NCBI GenBank assembly: GCA_032718475.1
Contig: JAUCBJ010001247.1
Location: forward strand, 1 to 52,131
Source of the DNA: Nemertoderma westbladi
Taxonomy: Eukaryota > Animalia > Xenacoelomorpha
Reading direction: 5' to 3'
Length of the DNA stretch: 52,131 nt
In this document: in pieces, positions 35,283 to 47,958 of the stretch
Layout of the letters: each line of letters opens with the position of its first letter
Position numbering within the stretch: the first letter of the stretch is position 1
The notes under the pieces: model-generated
The model's input: the letters and a program-made list of their open reading frames with translations, nothing else
Databases searched by the model: none
Told to the model about the DNA's origin: nothing
Translations under genes and position numbers: made by a program

Positions 35283-38200
35283 ATGTCTGCTAGTGGAATC
35301 AAACAACTCGTGAAAACTCGAGGAGTATACCGGACCCAGATAACGAGAATAGGGAATAAACTGAGAATTCTCCTTAATGATCCGAACACATCAGTTCAGG
35401 CATTACAAAATCTGCAGGGAACTTTAAGTGACTGGTCGCGGAAGGAAGATGAAGCATCCGTATCTATCCAAACATTGTTGGATGAAGGAACACCAGAACT
35501 TGAAGAAGAAATTGATACTTCCAATCACCGAATGGATGAACGTGAAAATCTATTCAGTTCAGTTTATGAGGGGATTGCCTGCCGGATGAAGTTGGAAGAG
35601 ATAAGTGGAGCAACGGATGTTAAACGCGATAAATCGAAATGTACCGGTACCCCTATGAAGCCTGAAAAAATCCCTGCACCAGAAAAATTATCAGTAGACC
35701 ATACATACAAGGAATTTGTAACATGGCGTAAGAAATGGTCGGATTACTCCCGGCTGAGTGGCATAGCAACAAAATGTGAAGACGACCAAAAGGCTTATTT
35801 CTGGGCTGTCTGTTCATCAGATTTTCTTATTAAAATCGAACATGTACTTGGTATTAAATCCAATTCTACACATTCTCTTGAGTTTATCTTAGATAAAATA
35901 GAGGCGTATCTTAAAGAAGAATGGAATGTGTTGCTGGCACGACATAGTGTAGTGAGAATGTGTAAATCAGAAAAAGAAACATTTGACCAATATTGGATTC
36001 GGCTCAGAGAAAAAGCAATAGATGCAGATCTCCAGGAAATGACAATTGATGACTGGCACATAACATTGATGTCCTGCAACACGATGATAATGAAATCAGA
36101 GAAGAAATAATGTCAAAAAAACCCGCCTTAAGCCTAACTGAAACACTAGAATTCTGTAGACTTAAAGAAGCAGCGAAAATAAAAAATAAGGCAATTACGA
36201 GTATTTCAGAATCACAAATAAATGCAGTCAGCCGTGGTGGACGTTGGAATGGTTCACATGGCCGTCCATTTCGTGCACCATTTCACCAGGGGGGGGCGTT
36301 CTAGCTCACGTGAGAGTCCCAAAAATAAAGAATGTTGGTATTGCGGCAGAGACTTCCCTCATACCACCATGAAATGTGAAGCTGTTAACCATATCTGTTC
36401 TATTTGTCAGAGAAGAGCTCATCTAGAGTTAAAATGTTGGAAGAGCGATTCCAGAAGAAATTTTACCAGCAATGCAGTATTTATTGATTCTTTAAACCTA
36501 AGGTTAGTAAGTAGTAGCTCAACACAAAGTAAATTAGTTGTGAGATTACTTGATGACGAAGGTTTTTGTGGTGATGTACATGCTATTGCTGATACAGGTG
36601 CTGAAGCAACTGTTGGAGGAATGTGTCTTGCTACAGACCTATGTATAGAGGACAAAAGTTCTAGCACAGGGAATATCCTTAGGGGTATTAATGGACATAA
36701 ACTGGTAGTTAGCTTTGTATGTTCTCTGACAATATGGTTAGAACAGAATGGTCGGGAAGTAAAAGAAAACATATATTTTTCACCTGATATCCCAGATAAG
36801 AATCTTTATTTATCCTTAAACGCTTGTAAAGAACTTAATATTGTTCACAATGATTTCCCACTGCCTCTACCACTTCCCTCTTTTAAAGAGTATCAACAAA
36901 TATCTGTAGTACATGAGGCAGCTGTTAATGATGAAATAAAATGTTTTTATCCAAGAGACCCAACTTTAGAACAAATAAAAACGATTGAAATGCAGCTAAT
37001 TTAAGAATTCAAAGATGTTTTTGGGGAAAGTATCCTTAGTGCTGATAAATTAGATAAAACCCTTAAAGAGATGAACTGTGAGCCCATGGTAATAGATCTT
37101 AAACCTGATGCTAAGCCGTTTGCTATATACAATGCAAGAAAAATTCCTTTCGCATACCGCAAAGAGACTAAGAACCTCTTGGATAGTCTTGAAGAGTCTA
37201 AGGTCATAGAACAAGTAGGAAACCGACCAACAGAATGGGCCCACCCAATAGTTATAGTCCCTAAGTCTAATGGCAAGCTCAGGTTGACAGTGGATTATAC
37301 GCGATTAAATTCTGAGGTACAACGGGTTGTATATCCATTCCCAACCCCGCAAGATGCCATTAATAATATAGACCCAAAGTCAAGGTGGTTTACATCCTTG
37401 GATGCAGTAAATGGATACTTCTAAATGCCCCTCGCTGAAAATTCAAGGGACCTGACATGTTTCTTAACTCCTTGGGGTCGATATAGATTCCTTAGAAGTC
37501 CAATGGGCTTCATATCAACTGGTGATCATTATTGTCGTCGGGGCGATCAAGCAATCGCTGGTATCCCCAGAGTAAACAAAGTAGTGGATGACATCCTTAT
37601 AGATGATGATTCCTTTAGAGAACATATTCAGAGAGTAAGAACAGTTCTCATTCGTTGCAGGGAATTCGGAATTACTATCAGCCGAGAGAAATTCAAATTC
37701 GCAAAAGAAGAAATAAAATTTGTAGGTTTCGTCCTTAAAAAGGGAACAATTGAGGCAGACCCTAAGAAACTAAGGGCAATTAGTGAATTCCCTCCCCCTC
37801 AAACTCGCAAAGACCTTCATTCATTTATGGGGATGGCACAGCAGATAGCTTCATTTACATCAAAGCTAAGTGAGGCTTCAGCTCCACTGCGTGATAATCT
37901 TAAAACAAAGAATGAATTCTCTTGGACTAAGTACCATAGTGATGCCTTTGAGGAAGTTAAACATATATTGTTGACCCCACCTGTGTTAGCCATGTATGAT
38001 CCTTGTCTTTAGACAAGACTTGAAGTGGATGCATCCGGCAAAAACAGCTTGGGCTTTAATCCAATTCAGAAACATGGAGATGTATATAAACTTGTAGACT
38101 GTGGATCACGTTTCTTATCTGATCCAGAGTCCCGTTGGCCAATGATAGAACTGGAAAGCCTCGCGATTTTCTGGGCAATTAGAAAGCTCCGGATATACCT

Positions 38201-39737
38201 GTCTGGTATAGAGTTCAATGTTGTTACGGATCACCACCCTCTCATTCCAATTTATAATAGTCAATCTCTTAGTGATATAGAGAATGTCAAAGTACAAAGA
38301 TACCGCATGGCATTACAAGATTATATATTTCAGTTGACATGGCGAAATGGTAAAGAAAATTGCATTGCCGACTGTTTATCGCATTCTCCTATAGAAGATC
38401 CTGAGCCTATAGATTGGAAAGTAGTATGTGCTGTTCAGGCTGTGACTAAAGTGGCTGTTACCGAGTTCAACAGCGATGTTGATCATATAGAAACAGGATA
38501 TAATGATATCCTGCTCCATGAAATCCGTGAAGCTGCAAGAAGAGATAATGATTATCAAAAACTTGTTCAAGCAGTGGCCAATGGAATTAATGATAATGAA
38601 CAAGATAACTACGTTAGGTCTTTCAAAGGTATTAAAAATGAATTAACTCTGGATGATGATATCATACTGTTTGGGAAGAGAATTGTAATCCCACATTCAT
38701 TGCAAAAGAAAATACTAGATCGCCTATATGGAGCACACTTGGGTGAATCTAGGACCATCAATCGAGCACGGAAAACCATATATTGGCCATCCATAACTAA
38801 TGAGATTCGCCAGCGTGTTCGTTCCTGTAAATTATGTCAAGAAAGACTGCCATCACATCAACGTGAAACATTAATTCAAGACAAGTTACCCTCCTTTCCT
38901 TTTGAAGTAGCTACAACAGACTTATTCGCATTGCATGGGAGGAAATATTTGATATATGTATGCAGACTGACAGGTTATCCTTTTATTACTGACTGGGCCA
39001 CAGACCCTAATACAGATAAAGTGAAAAGACAACTTTTAGAGTGGTTCGCAATCACTGGGATTCCAAAGACTTTGCGATCAGATGGGGGGCCACAGTATTC
39101 GTCCTTAGAATTTGCAAATTTTCTGGATCAGTATGGTGTAGAATGGCGTCCATCATCTCCTAAAAATCCCAGAAGCAATGGACATGCTGAAGCCATGGTT
39201 AAAGTTCTAAAGGGACTACTGGACAAAGTAGATGCAAAGCTTGAATCGATTGAGTTCCAGATGGCTCTGATGGAGTTGAGAAATACCCCTAACAACAGTA
39301 ACATGAGTCCTGCTACCATGTTTCATGGCTATCAGCAGCGAACCTTAATCCCAATACACCCACTGGCTGTTCAGGCAGGGATTCCCCAAGAAGCTCGAAA
39401 GAGTTTAGAAGAACATGCAAAGAAACAAAAATTATATCATGATAAATACGCCTACGATCTCCCCACGTTTCTCTTGGGTGAACATGTTAGAATTCAAGAC
39501 ATGCGTTCAGGAAGATGGATCCGCCAGGGAATAATCTCAAAGGCATTTCCCAGACAGAGGAGATACAGAATAAACTTAAAGGATGGAGCTGTTCTGTGGA
39601 GAAACAGGAAGTTCATTCATCTTGATTATGCTGTTAACGACACGCCTGTAGCCATAAACCATGATGTTACCAATAATCCTCGTCGTGGCCCTCAAAGATT
39701 TTGCAACAATAAAAAACTGGTTAGATTCACTGTCTGA
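35283..39737 (+). pseudogene. gag-pol with frameshifts (about 36090 and 36300) and in-frame stops (37002, 37422, 38010)
   Basis: Double zinc knuckle CWYCGRDFPH..C / CSICQRRAH..C; protease ADTGA; RT LRLTVDY, SLDAVNGY, VVDDIL; RNase H DAS..ELE..TDH; integrase H..C..C, DLF, SDGGPQY, SNGHAE. Confidence 0.93.
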
Positions 39738-40896
39738 GTAGAGAACTCTAGTAAAGGGGGGAATGAAAGATAAAGGGGAGATGTAGTAACAGGACTTAAT
39801 AGGCGGGAGATTCAAACTGATTTATCCTATCTTTTGTATCTACAGAACTATATATAATATATATAATAATGCAATTTATACCTACCGGTCTACTGTCTGA
39901 CATACCCTACCTGTAGCAGTTATAACCCGTAATACTGTGTTGGCCTACTGGCCTATAACTGATATAATGATTGTAATATATATCTGATATCGAACAGACG
40001 TTATTATTATATCACAAGACTATATTCGTATTGCTCATGCTCAATATTATTTAGTACACTGCTAAACCGAGGTATTGGCTTATTAGGACTACTAAAATAG
40101 TTTTAATCTCACCATACGCATAGTGGCCATTCTACACATTAGTCATAACTTCCGTTGAAAGGATTCCAAATATGTAACAATATCTGAACTTCGTTGAGAA
40201 ACAGCTGAGAAATAGTCGTTCAAATATTGCAAGAATTATTGTTCGCTGCAGGCCATTTATTCTATTTAATAAAATTATTATCTTATTTATTAATTGTATT
40301 CAAATATTTCATAAATTGTACGATTGAATGGAATTTCAAAATTTCGTGCTGGCTCAAAATTTTGCACACCGCACCAAAAGATACAGGTTTGATATGATAT
40401 GCCTGGTTCATCTCGTATATTACATCAAAGTCAGAAGCCCAAAAAACCACAATTACCGAAAAAACAAGTACAAACAATCAATTTGCAATATTTGGACCAG
40501 CCGAGAAAACAGTTTGAAATTTCTAGCATATTTTATATGTATTCAATCTAATTGCATACACCAAAAACCGGTATGTGAGGATATGATACAAAGAGGATAT
40601 GAAAATAAGTGCCATATACGTAGCCTATAGACTATCTCATTAATATACTTTTATTATATGGATATGAGTACAGCTATAGGCGAGATAGGAGCGATACCAG
40701 TCTGCCAATACCGGACTCAGTACAGTATGCATACATTGGCAAGACTATCATCTATCATCTGTAATCACATTACTGTGAAACATATGAAATTATGTGAAAC
40801 AACCTATGTTATTATAATTAAACAGTTAATCTGAGCATGGCAGTACGAAATACAACTTGCAGCTATTTCCTCACCTTGTCGTCTCACCAAATGTTG

Positions 40897-41374
40897 CAGT
40901 ATGAATGTTAAATGTCAATACAGTAATCTATAGGTTTCCTGCTCACAATGTCATTTAAGTAATAAAATGAAATAAAAGTAATGAATCTAGGTCTAGCAGC
41001 TAGTCTAGATCTAGGTATTCGCAGCTTTAAATACGTTTTCCAATCAGGATTGTCTGCCTTCTCTACTAATCTATGAACAACACTTACTTCGACTTCACAC
41101 CAAAACATACAGTAGATATATATATTTGTTGTATCAGTATGAATGTTAAATGTCAATACAGTAATCTATAGGTTTCCTGCTCACAATGTCATTTAAGTAA
41201 TAAAATGAAATAAAAGTAATGAATCTAGGTCTAGCAGCTAGTCTAGATCTAGGTATTCGCAGCTTTAAATACGTTTTCCAATCAGGATTGTCTGCCTTCT
41301 CTACTAATCTATGAACAACACTTACTTCGACTTCACACCAAAACATACAGTAGATATATATATTTGTTGTATCA
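40897..41374. repeat. Apparently perfect 238-bp tandem duplication
   Basis: cagtatgaatgttaaatg...tatttgttgtat starts at both 40897 and 41135. Confidence 0.95.
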
Positions 41375-41541
41375 TTCTAAATTTTAATCTAATTAATGTA
41401 TATGTATAAAAATTGAGATGTCATATATTTAACCCATGTGCTTTTATCTTCACAAGCGCTTATTGCAGTAAGTTCTAATTATTATGGTAAGCACTTACGC
41501 TTTTATTTTAGAATAGGACATTTAGCCACCTCTGCGGCTTA

Positions 41542-43772
41542 AGCAGGACATTTACTGGAGCAGTTTACTGGCTTTTTTTGCAGCTGGACGCCCGCGTCAG
41601 TAAAATTGAAATAAGCATATTACTGTCAGTGTCTATCTATTATTATCTTTATCTATTACAAATTCAGAAATTACTTATTCATTTTATATATTTCAGTATT
41701 ATAAAATACATTCGTGTCTAGTAAGTCGGTATTGGGTCTGTCTGTAACAAATAATTTACTTTAATTTAATTTAATTAAGATACTCTAAGTGCAAATAATG
41801 ATGAAGATGACGAATGGATGTTGTTCTTCAGAGGCCTAGTTGCTGATGCTGATGGTGACAGAACCCGTCGCTAAAATACAACTTCGCAGTAAAATTAGAA
41901 TAGCTGTGGAAATGCGGCAATGGATCAGATCCCAACATATGGTTGTTGTTCAACCAAGGCAGCAGCATAGCTTCCAATCATCAGTAAAACAAGTTGGTCC
42001 TCAGCAATTTTCTCGGCAACAAACGTGTTTCCAATCCATCCAGCATCCGTCCACCTTTTAAGGAATTGTACATCTGACTATCTGACTATCGATGGATGGA
42101 TCCAGCTGATGTTGTACCTGTTGGCAACGAATACGGAGTGACACAATTATTTCACATTATTTTGTATCACCTCTGTGGCATCTCCTGATGTTAATGAACA
42201 TACCTAAATAACATTTTAATAGAATAATACTGATGCTATTTACAATGCATTTATTGACTGTATACCTACATATCTATATTATACTATCTATACTAGTGAG
42301 AATAATTTTTTGTAACTGAAAAATTCACTACCACTCTTGGGTGGCTTCTTGATAGCGATATGCTTACCATCTATTGATCCTAAACAATGCGGGAAATTCC
42401 ACTTGCTATTACACCCATTTTCTATCTCGACCCACTGATTGGTGTTTGATAGCGTCAAATGTCCCGCTAATGCAATGGCAATATAATCGCAGATGATTGG
42501 TACAGTTGTGGATATATAAGATGTGCTCACTCGATGTGCTCACTCGATGTGCTCACTCGATGTGCACACTCGATGTGCTCACTCGATGTGCTCACTCGAT
42601 GTGCTCACTCGATGTGCTCACTCGAGATGCATGCAACAGTAATGTGTATGATGTCCCATCTGTGCTCACTAGATATGCATGCGACAGTGATGTGTATAAT
42701 GTCCCATCTGTGCTCACTCGATATGCATGCGACAGTGATGTGTATGATGTCCCATCTGCAAGATATCGCAGAGTTATTTCTAGAGCAGTCTTTGTGGGAA
42801 TTGGTGTTTTACAGTTTGTTTGAATTTTTTTGAATTTTGGTTCGATTATTGTTAGTAATGCGGCAAATTGAATAGGATTCATTCTTAACATTTTCTTGAA
42901 TTCCTTTTCTTCCTTATACCTTATTTCATCTACCAAGTTAGAAGAAAATCCTGCAATATCCTGCCTCTGTATCCATTCCCGCGTTTTCGATCTATTACTT
43001 TTATACTTGCGATTTTGTACAAATCCCCCATCTGAATGAAGTACTGACATGTACCAAGCACCAAGTATTTTCTTTTTTTTTAAATTTCATTGGGCCTATA
43101 ATCAAATAAACGTATAAAAAAACACAAAATTATTATCTAAAAAACAAAAAACTACTGTATTGTCTCCCTATCCACGATATAGACGAGTAGTAAATTATAT
43201 TCCTGGGGTATTTATTTATTGGAAAAACCAGCTTCCAGCCAGGTCTCGGACCTGCTTGAAGCAGCACGCAGCGCAACAGCAGCGGGCTACCAGCTACCAC
43301 AGCTGTAAGCTAGCTGGATGCCTGCTAGCTGGAAAAAAGCTGGCGTTATTGGTAGCTGGTGCAGCTTCAGTGAAATTAAAATCAGTGTTGACTAGCTTTG
43401 AGCTGGTTCAAGCTAGCACTTTTTCCCAGGCTGGTTTCCAGCTCAGTTAAATTCAAAATTCAACTGGAAGAGGGGTCAGCCCCAGCTGGATCAAGTTGGT
43501 GTAGAAATTCACTGGAGCGACATTGTTGCTGGACCAGCTAGCATGTTACGGGCTGATAACATGCTTGATATAATTTCACTAAAGCGGCCTTACAGCTGCC
43601 GAACAATGTGCCAACTGCTCGATTGTAATTTCGCAGAGCTGTAACTTGCCAGATTGAAAAAGCTGGATTTACAACCAGCAGGAGCAGCTTTAGTACATTT
43701 GAAAATGTATCAAGCTCACTTTCGGCTAGCAGCATCCTGCTAGCAAGAAACAGCTCCAGTGAAATCCCTGCT
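41542..43772 (-). mobile_element. PIF/Harbinger transposon, internally deleted
   Basis: Imperfect ~30-bp TIRs (AGCAGGacatttactggagcagttt / aaacagctccagtgaaatcCCTGCT), TTA TSD on both sides, a transposase remnant and CCAGC-rich subterminal repeats. Confidence 0.88.
42290..43050 (-). pseudogene. Harbinger DDE transposase remnant (HARBI1-like)
   Basis: FKKMLRM...LEITLRYLADGTSY and WNFPHCLGSIDGKHIAIKKPPKSGSEFFSYKK, interrupted by a 48-bp triplication and 13-bp repeats. Confidence 0.88.
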
Positions 43773-44747
43773 TTAAAGTCCAACTAGGAAGGAATGAATG
43801 AACCTGGTGTTCTCTAAAACTGCCAAGAGAAAATAATTGCTCGAAATAAAGTCAATGTTGCATTTCCATTGTCCAAGTACAAAACAGATAAAACTAAACT
43901 ACTTAGGTTTTAGTTGTGACCTCAGTTTGCGGATTTGTGGGTGTTGTCATTAAATGAAGAAATGAGTGGATGATTAGTTAAAAGCGCTTCAAGAAATTGC
44001 ATCTAGCATTTCCCTGTGTAGTACCATCTGGTGCTTTTTGCTTAATGCTGGGTTAAACTGAACCAATAACCGACAATTTGCAAAACTCGGATGCAATATA
44101 CTGACCAATTACAAAACTCTGAAATCAATATTCTGTATAGTCTATAACATATAGCTTAAAAGCCTTATTGAAGTTGACAGTCTCTATTTGAGCAGGAAAT
44201 TGAAACATATGGTGGCATTTTAAAACATGATTGTTTATTATGGAAACGTTACGCTAAGGGCATATATTCTCTACATTTTCGTTTTCAATTAATTGTTAAC
44301 TTCCCTTCTGCAATATTTCCATCAACTTAGTTAAATAACCATGTGATTACATCTGCCATATGTAATAAGTGGATATAACTTATTATCAAAAATAAGTCGC
44401 TATTCTTACAAGAATTATCAACGAAAGGGGAATATGAATGAGGTTGCAGCATTAGTGCTAAGCCATATTTGCCTAATTTAAAAGACAATCTAGTTAGTTA
44501 TAGAGTAACAACCATTAATAGGCTACCATACTATTTACACTACATAAATTTCGTAATGCCAATCAAAAAATTAGAGATATTTAGCAAATAACAACTGAGC
44601 ATTATAGTTCTGATTCATACCATTAATATATCCACAAACTGACATTTCATTTTAAATTATCTAAAGACAAAATTGATATTGATAAGCAGACATTTTAATA
44701 TTTCTTGAGATTACCTCAATACAATAAGTGAAATATTATTATTTGGT

Positions 44748-46532
44748 ATGGATAGCAAAGAAATTAATAAAAATAAAAATGTATTATTTGCGAAAAACGA
44801 AGGGAAGAATTTAATAGAATCTCCGCACAAGACAACTAAACATGATGTTGAAAGGGTGAAGAAAGTTAATAAATATGATGATATTTGGCCTCTGATTGGC
44901 TCATTTGGTCGCTACCAATGGCTAATTGTGTATTGTACCATTGTCTTCTTTGGGGCTGCCATACCTTCGTTATTAGTAATGGAAATGGTATTCCTTGGTG
45001 GAAATTCTGGTTATCGTTGTGACGTTTCAGAAATTGTTACTAGAAGTGGCATAAATGAATCAGAAGTTATGAAAAATTTCATTCCAAAAAACGAAGAAGG
45101 TGATTTTGATTCGTGCAAAATGTACAACGCTGCCAACCTTACTGATAGTATCGGTAATTCTACCCTAGTTGAATGCCTAGATGGTTGGAAATTCGATAAA
45201 TCTATTTTTACGAATACCTACCTTATGGAATACAGTTTCGTTTGCAATAAGAATGCTGAGTTTCAAGCTGCGAAAACCACATTTATCTTAGGAACCATTC
45301 CCGGTACCGTTTTGTTCAGCATTATTTCGGACAAGTATGGCAGAAAACCTGCGATTTTCGCTGGTTTTGTTCTACAAGCAGTCGCTCAATTCACTATGTT
45401 TATTGCCCCTTGGGACATAAAATTTTTCATATTTCAAAGATTCTTGGTTGGAAATAGCTATGTTGGACCACTTTTAATATCCACAGTTGCAGCCTTAGAA
45501 TTAGTTGGAAAGGAGTACCGAACCTTTATAGCTGTTTCTTATGAGGCCCTTTATGGTGTTGGTATGATGGTAGCAACATTATGTTCATACCTTCTGAGAC
45601 GTTACCCTTGGTACTACTTTCACTTATCTCAATGTATTTTCCCATTTCTATACTGTTTTTACTATTTTTGGCACCCCGAATCTCCAAGATGGTTGGCGAC
45701 AGTGGGAAGGTGGGAAGAGGCTTGGAAGGTAATAAAGACAGTTGCTCGCGTTAACAATAAAACTGTTGACAATGATATTTTGGAAGATCTTAAAACGGGC
45801 TTTTCTGATGAAACGTCCAAAGAAGTCGTAGGATCCTCTAAACAAGATTCTAATGTTGCATATAAAGATGGTGAAATCGAGTATATTTTACCATCAGACA
45901 AACCATCACACTGTTATGGTAGTAGAGTTCTGTGTAATTTTGAGTTAATGAAGCGATTTATCGTTATGTCCTTTGTATTTATAGCGCTAGCTGTTACTTG
46001 GTATGGGTTAGTTTTGGGAGTTAGTGCATTATCAACCGATTTCTTTATCACCAATATAATATCTGGGGCAACTGAAATAGTTGGTTCAGTAATTGGTCTT
46101 CTCATACAAAATGGATTTGGTCGTAAACCCGCTATGTGCGGTACTCTGGTTTTTACCGGACTTGCATGTATCGCGACACCTTGGATTCCAGTTAATGTGG
46201 CTGGTGGTTGGTTAAAAACTGCTGTTTCTATGGCTGGTAAAACAGGTATTAGTTGTGGTTGGTCTATGGTCTTTGGTTATGGCGCCGAATTGTATCCTAC
46301 AGAGATGAGATCCCGTCTTTTAAGTGCGAATGTAATCATTTCACGTATTGGGGCTGCAACTATTCCCATGATTCAACGGCCAAGCATTTGGTATGCTGTT
46401 CCACCTATTATATACGGTGTATTGTGTCTGGGATCTGGAATTTCGGTCCTGTTGCTACCAGAAACGAAAGGAAAACCGTTACCTGATCTTTTGAAGCATA
46501 TACATAGAAAGAAGATCGAGGAAAATTCATAA
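44748..46532 (+). CDS. SLC22-family (organic cation transporter-like) MFS transporter, 594 aa, intronless CDS
   Basis: IGSFGRYQW, large Cys-containing glycosylated loop 1 (C..CKMY..CLDGW..FVC), SDKYGRKP, PESPRWL, FGRKP, ELYPTEMR and LLPETKGKPLPD; about 12 hydrophobic segments. Confidence 0.93.
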   Translation: MDSKEINKNKNVLFAKNEGKNLIESPHKTTKHDVERVKKVNKYDDIWPLIGSFGRYQWLIVYCTIVFFGAAIPSLLVMEMVFLGGNSGYRCDVSEIVTRSGINESEVMKNFIPKNEEGDFDSCKMYNAANLTDSIGNSTLVECLDGWKFDKSIFTNTYLMEYSFVCNKNAEFQAAKTTFILGTIPGTVLFSIISDKYGRKPAIFAGFVLQAVAQFTMFIAPWDIKFFIFQRFLVGNSYVGPLLISTVAALELVGKEYRTFIAVSYEALYGVGMMVATLCSYLLRRYPWYYFHLSQCIFPFLYCFYYFWHPESPRWLATVGRWEEAWKVIKTVARVNNKTVDNDILEDLKTGFSDETSKEVVGSSKQDSNVAYKDGEIEYILPSDKPSHCYGSRVLCNFELMKRFIVMSFVFIALAVTWYGLVLGVSALSTDFFITNIISGATEIVGSVIGLLIQNGFGRKPAMCGTLVFTGLACIATPWIPVNVAGGWLKTAVSMAGKTGISCGWSMVFGYGAELYPTEMRSRLLSANVIISRIGAATIPMIQRPSIWYAVPPIIYGVLCLGSGISVLLLPETKGKPLPDLLKHIHRKKIEENS

Positions 46533-46782
46533 CTTTGATAATTGATTGACATTGGAATATTTATTCTCCAAGCATGGATAATGATTCCAACTAACTGTAC
46601 ACATAAATGAGCTGCTTTTTTAATTATTTCCAAACAGTGATGTAAACTTGTTCAATTAAATAATGTCTGTAGAATTAACTATTCAATGTACGTTATTATA
46701 CAACTCTACAGGTATATTACTTGTGGTGGTGGTGCTTTATTTCTATGTTCACCTGACCAAGCACTGCATGGCACATATCCAG

Positions 46783-47958
46783 TAGGGTGGTGCGTTTTTT
46801 ACTTTTTTTCGATTTCATTGTTTTACCGGTGGCAACAGTTGCCAAATGGTAAAAAATTAAGGAAAAAATAATTTATCTAAATTTCATCGATATCTTGACG
46901 GATCCCAACGGGGTTGAAATTTTGAGCCATCGCGATGCACCATAATAAAATTTATAACAATATAACACATTAATAAAAGATCAATGACTCAAGAAAGAAC
47001 TTCCTGCATGCATCAAATGTCATCAAATGTGTCCAAACTTAGTTAGATACCAAAATTTTAATTTTGGGATCAAGTGCCACAGGGACATGGCCAGAACCTA
47101 CCCTTTGGCGCAAGTGACTCTTATTCTCAATTTTCGTGATGGACAACTTTTAGTTCTCCTATTGCATTAATAGTATGTTCATTAGAACCGCAATGGCCGA
47201 TTTAGTGGGGATAGACACCATCAAAACAAGCGTAGAGGGAATATAGTTCTTGAGATATTGCAGAAAATGTTAACTCCAGACAAGTCAACATTAGTGCCTG
47301 ATGATTTTTAGACAAATACACTAAAAATGTTACTTCTAATTATCTTAAGGCATCAAAAATATACACATCACTTCAACGAATTAATTTAGTGTATACCGAC
47401 ACTTTCAAAATGAAAGAGTAGTAATTAGTATAGTTTTTGTACAAAATTTCTGGAATAGGTTAACTCAATATAAAGTCCAATCTATTGGTGGACATAGTCT
47501 TGACATTTTGTAAAATAACTCAAGAACTAATGAGTCTACTCTTATTTTGAAGGTCGATAATCGATAATTTCTGTAATGTGTCTGTTCGTGATTCCTTCAG
47601 ATAATTCAAAGTATCATTTTTAGTGTATTTGTCCATATCGCATCAAGGCGGTAATGTAGACTTGTGCCAGACGTAACATTTTCTGCAATATATCAAGAAC
47701 TATTCGCTCTACGTTTGTTTTGATGGTGTCGACCCCCACCAAAAATGGTCGTTGCGGTTGGTTATAATGCAGTAAGAGAACTAAAAGTTGTCCATCGCGA
47801 AAATTGCGAATAAGAGTCACTTGCGCCAAAGGATAGGTTCTGGCCATGTGCCTGTGGCACTAGTTCACATGATTCCAAAATCAAAATTTTGGTATCTAAC
47901 TAAGTTTGGGCACATTTGATCACATTATTGATGCATGCAGGAAGTTCATTCTTGAGAT
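46783..47958. mobile_element. Second copy of the fold-back hAT-type element, right end truncated
   Basis: Starts TAGGGTGGTGCG and is collinear with 28032-29200. Homology ends near 47958. Confidence 0.85.

Larger units (their letters stand above)
35000..40016 (+). mobile_element. Full-length Ty3/Gypsy LTR retrotransposon, Mag-like, coding region disabled
   Basis: 235-bp TG..CA LTRs at 35000-35234 and 39782-40016; 5-bp TSD AGACT; PBS; PPT aaagataaaggggaga; domain order gag-PR-RT-RH-IN. Confidence 0.97.
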
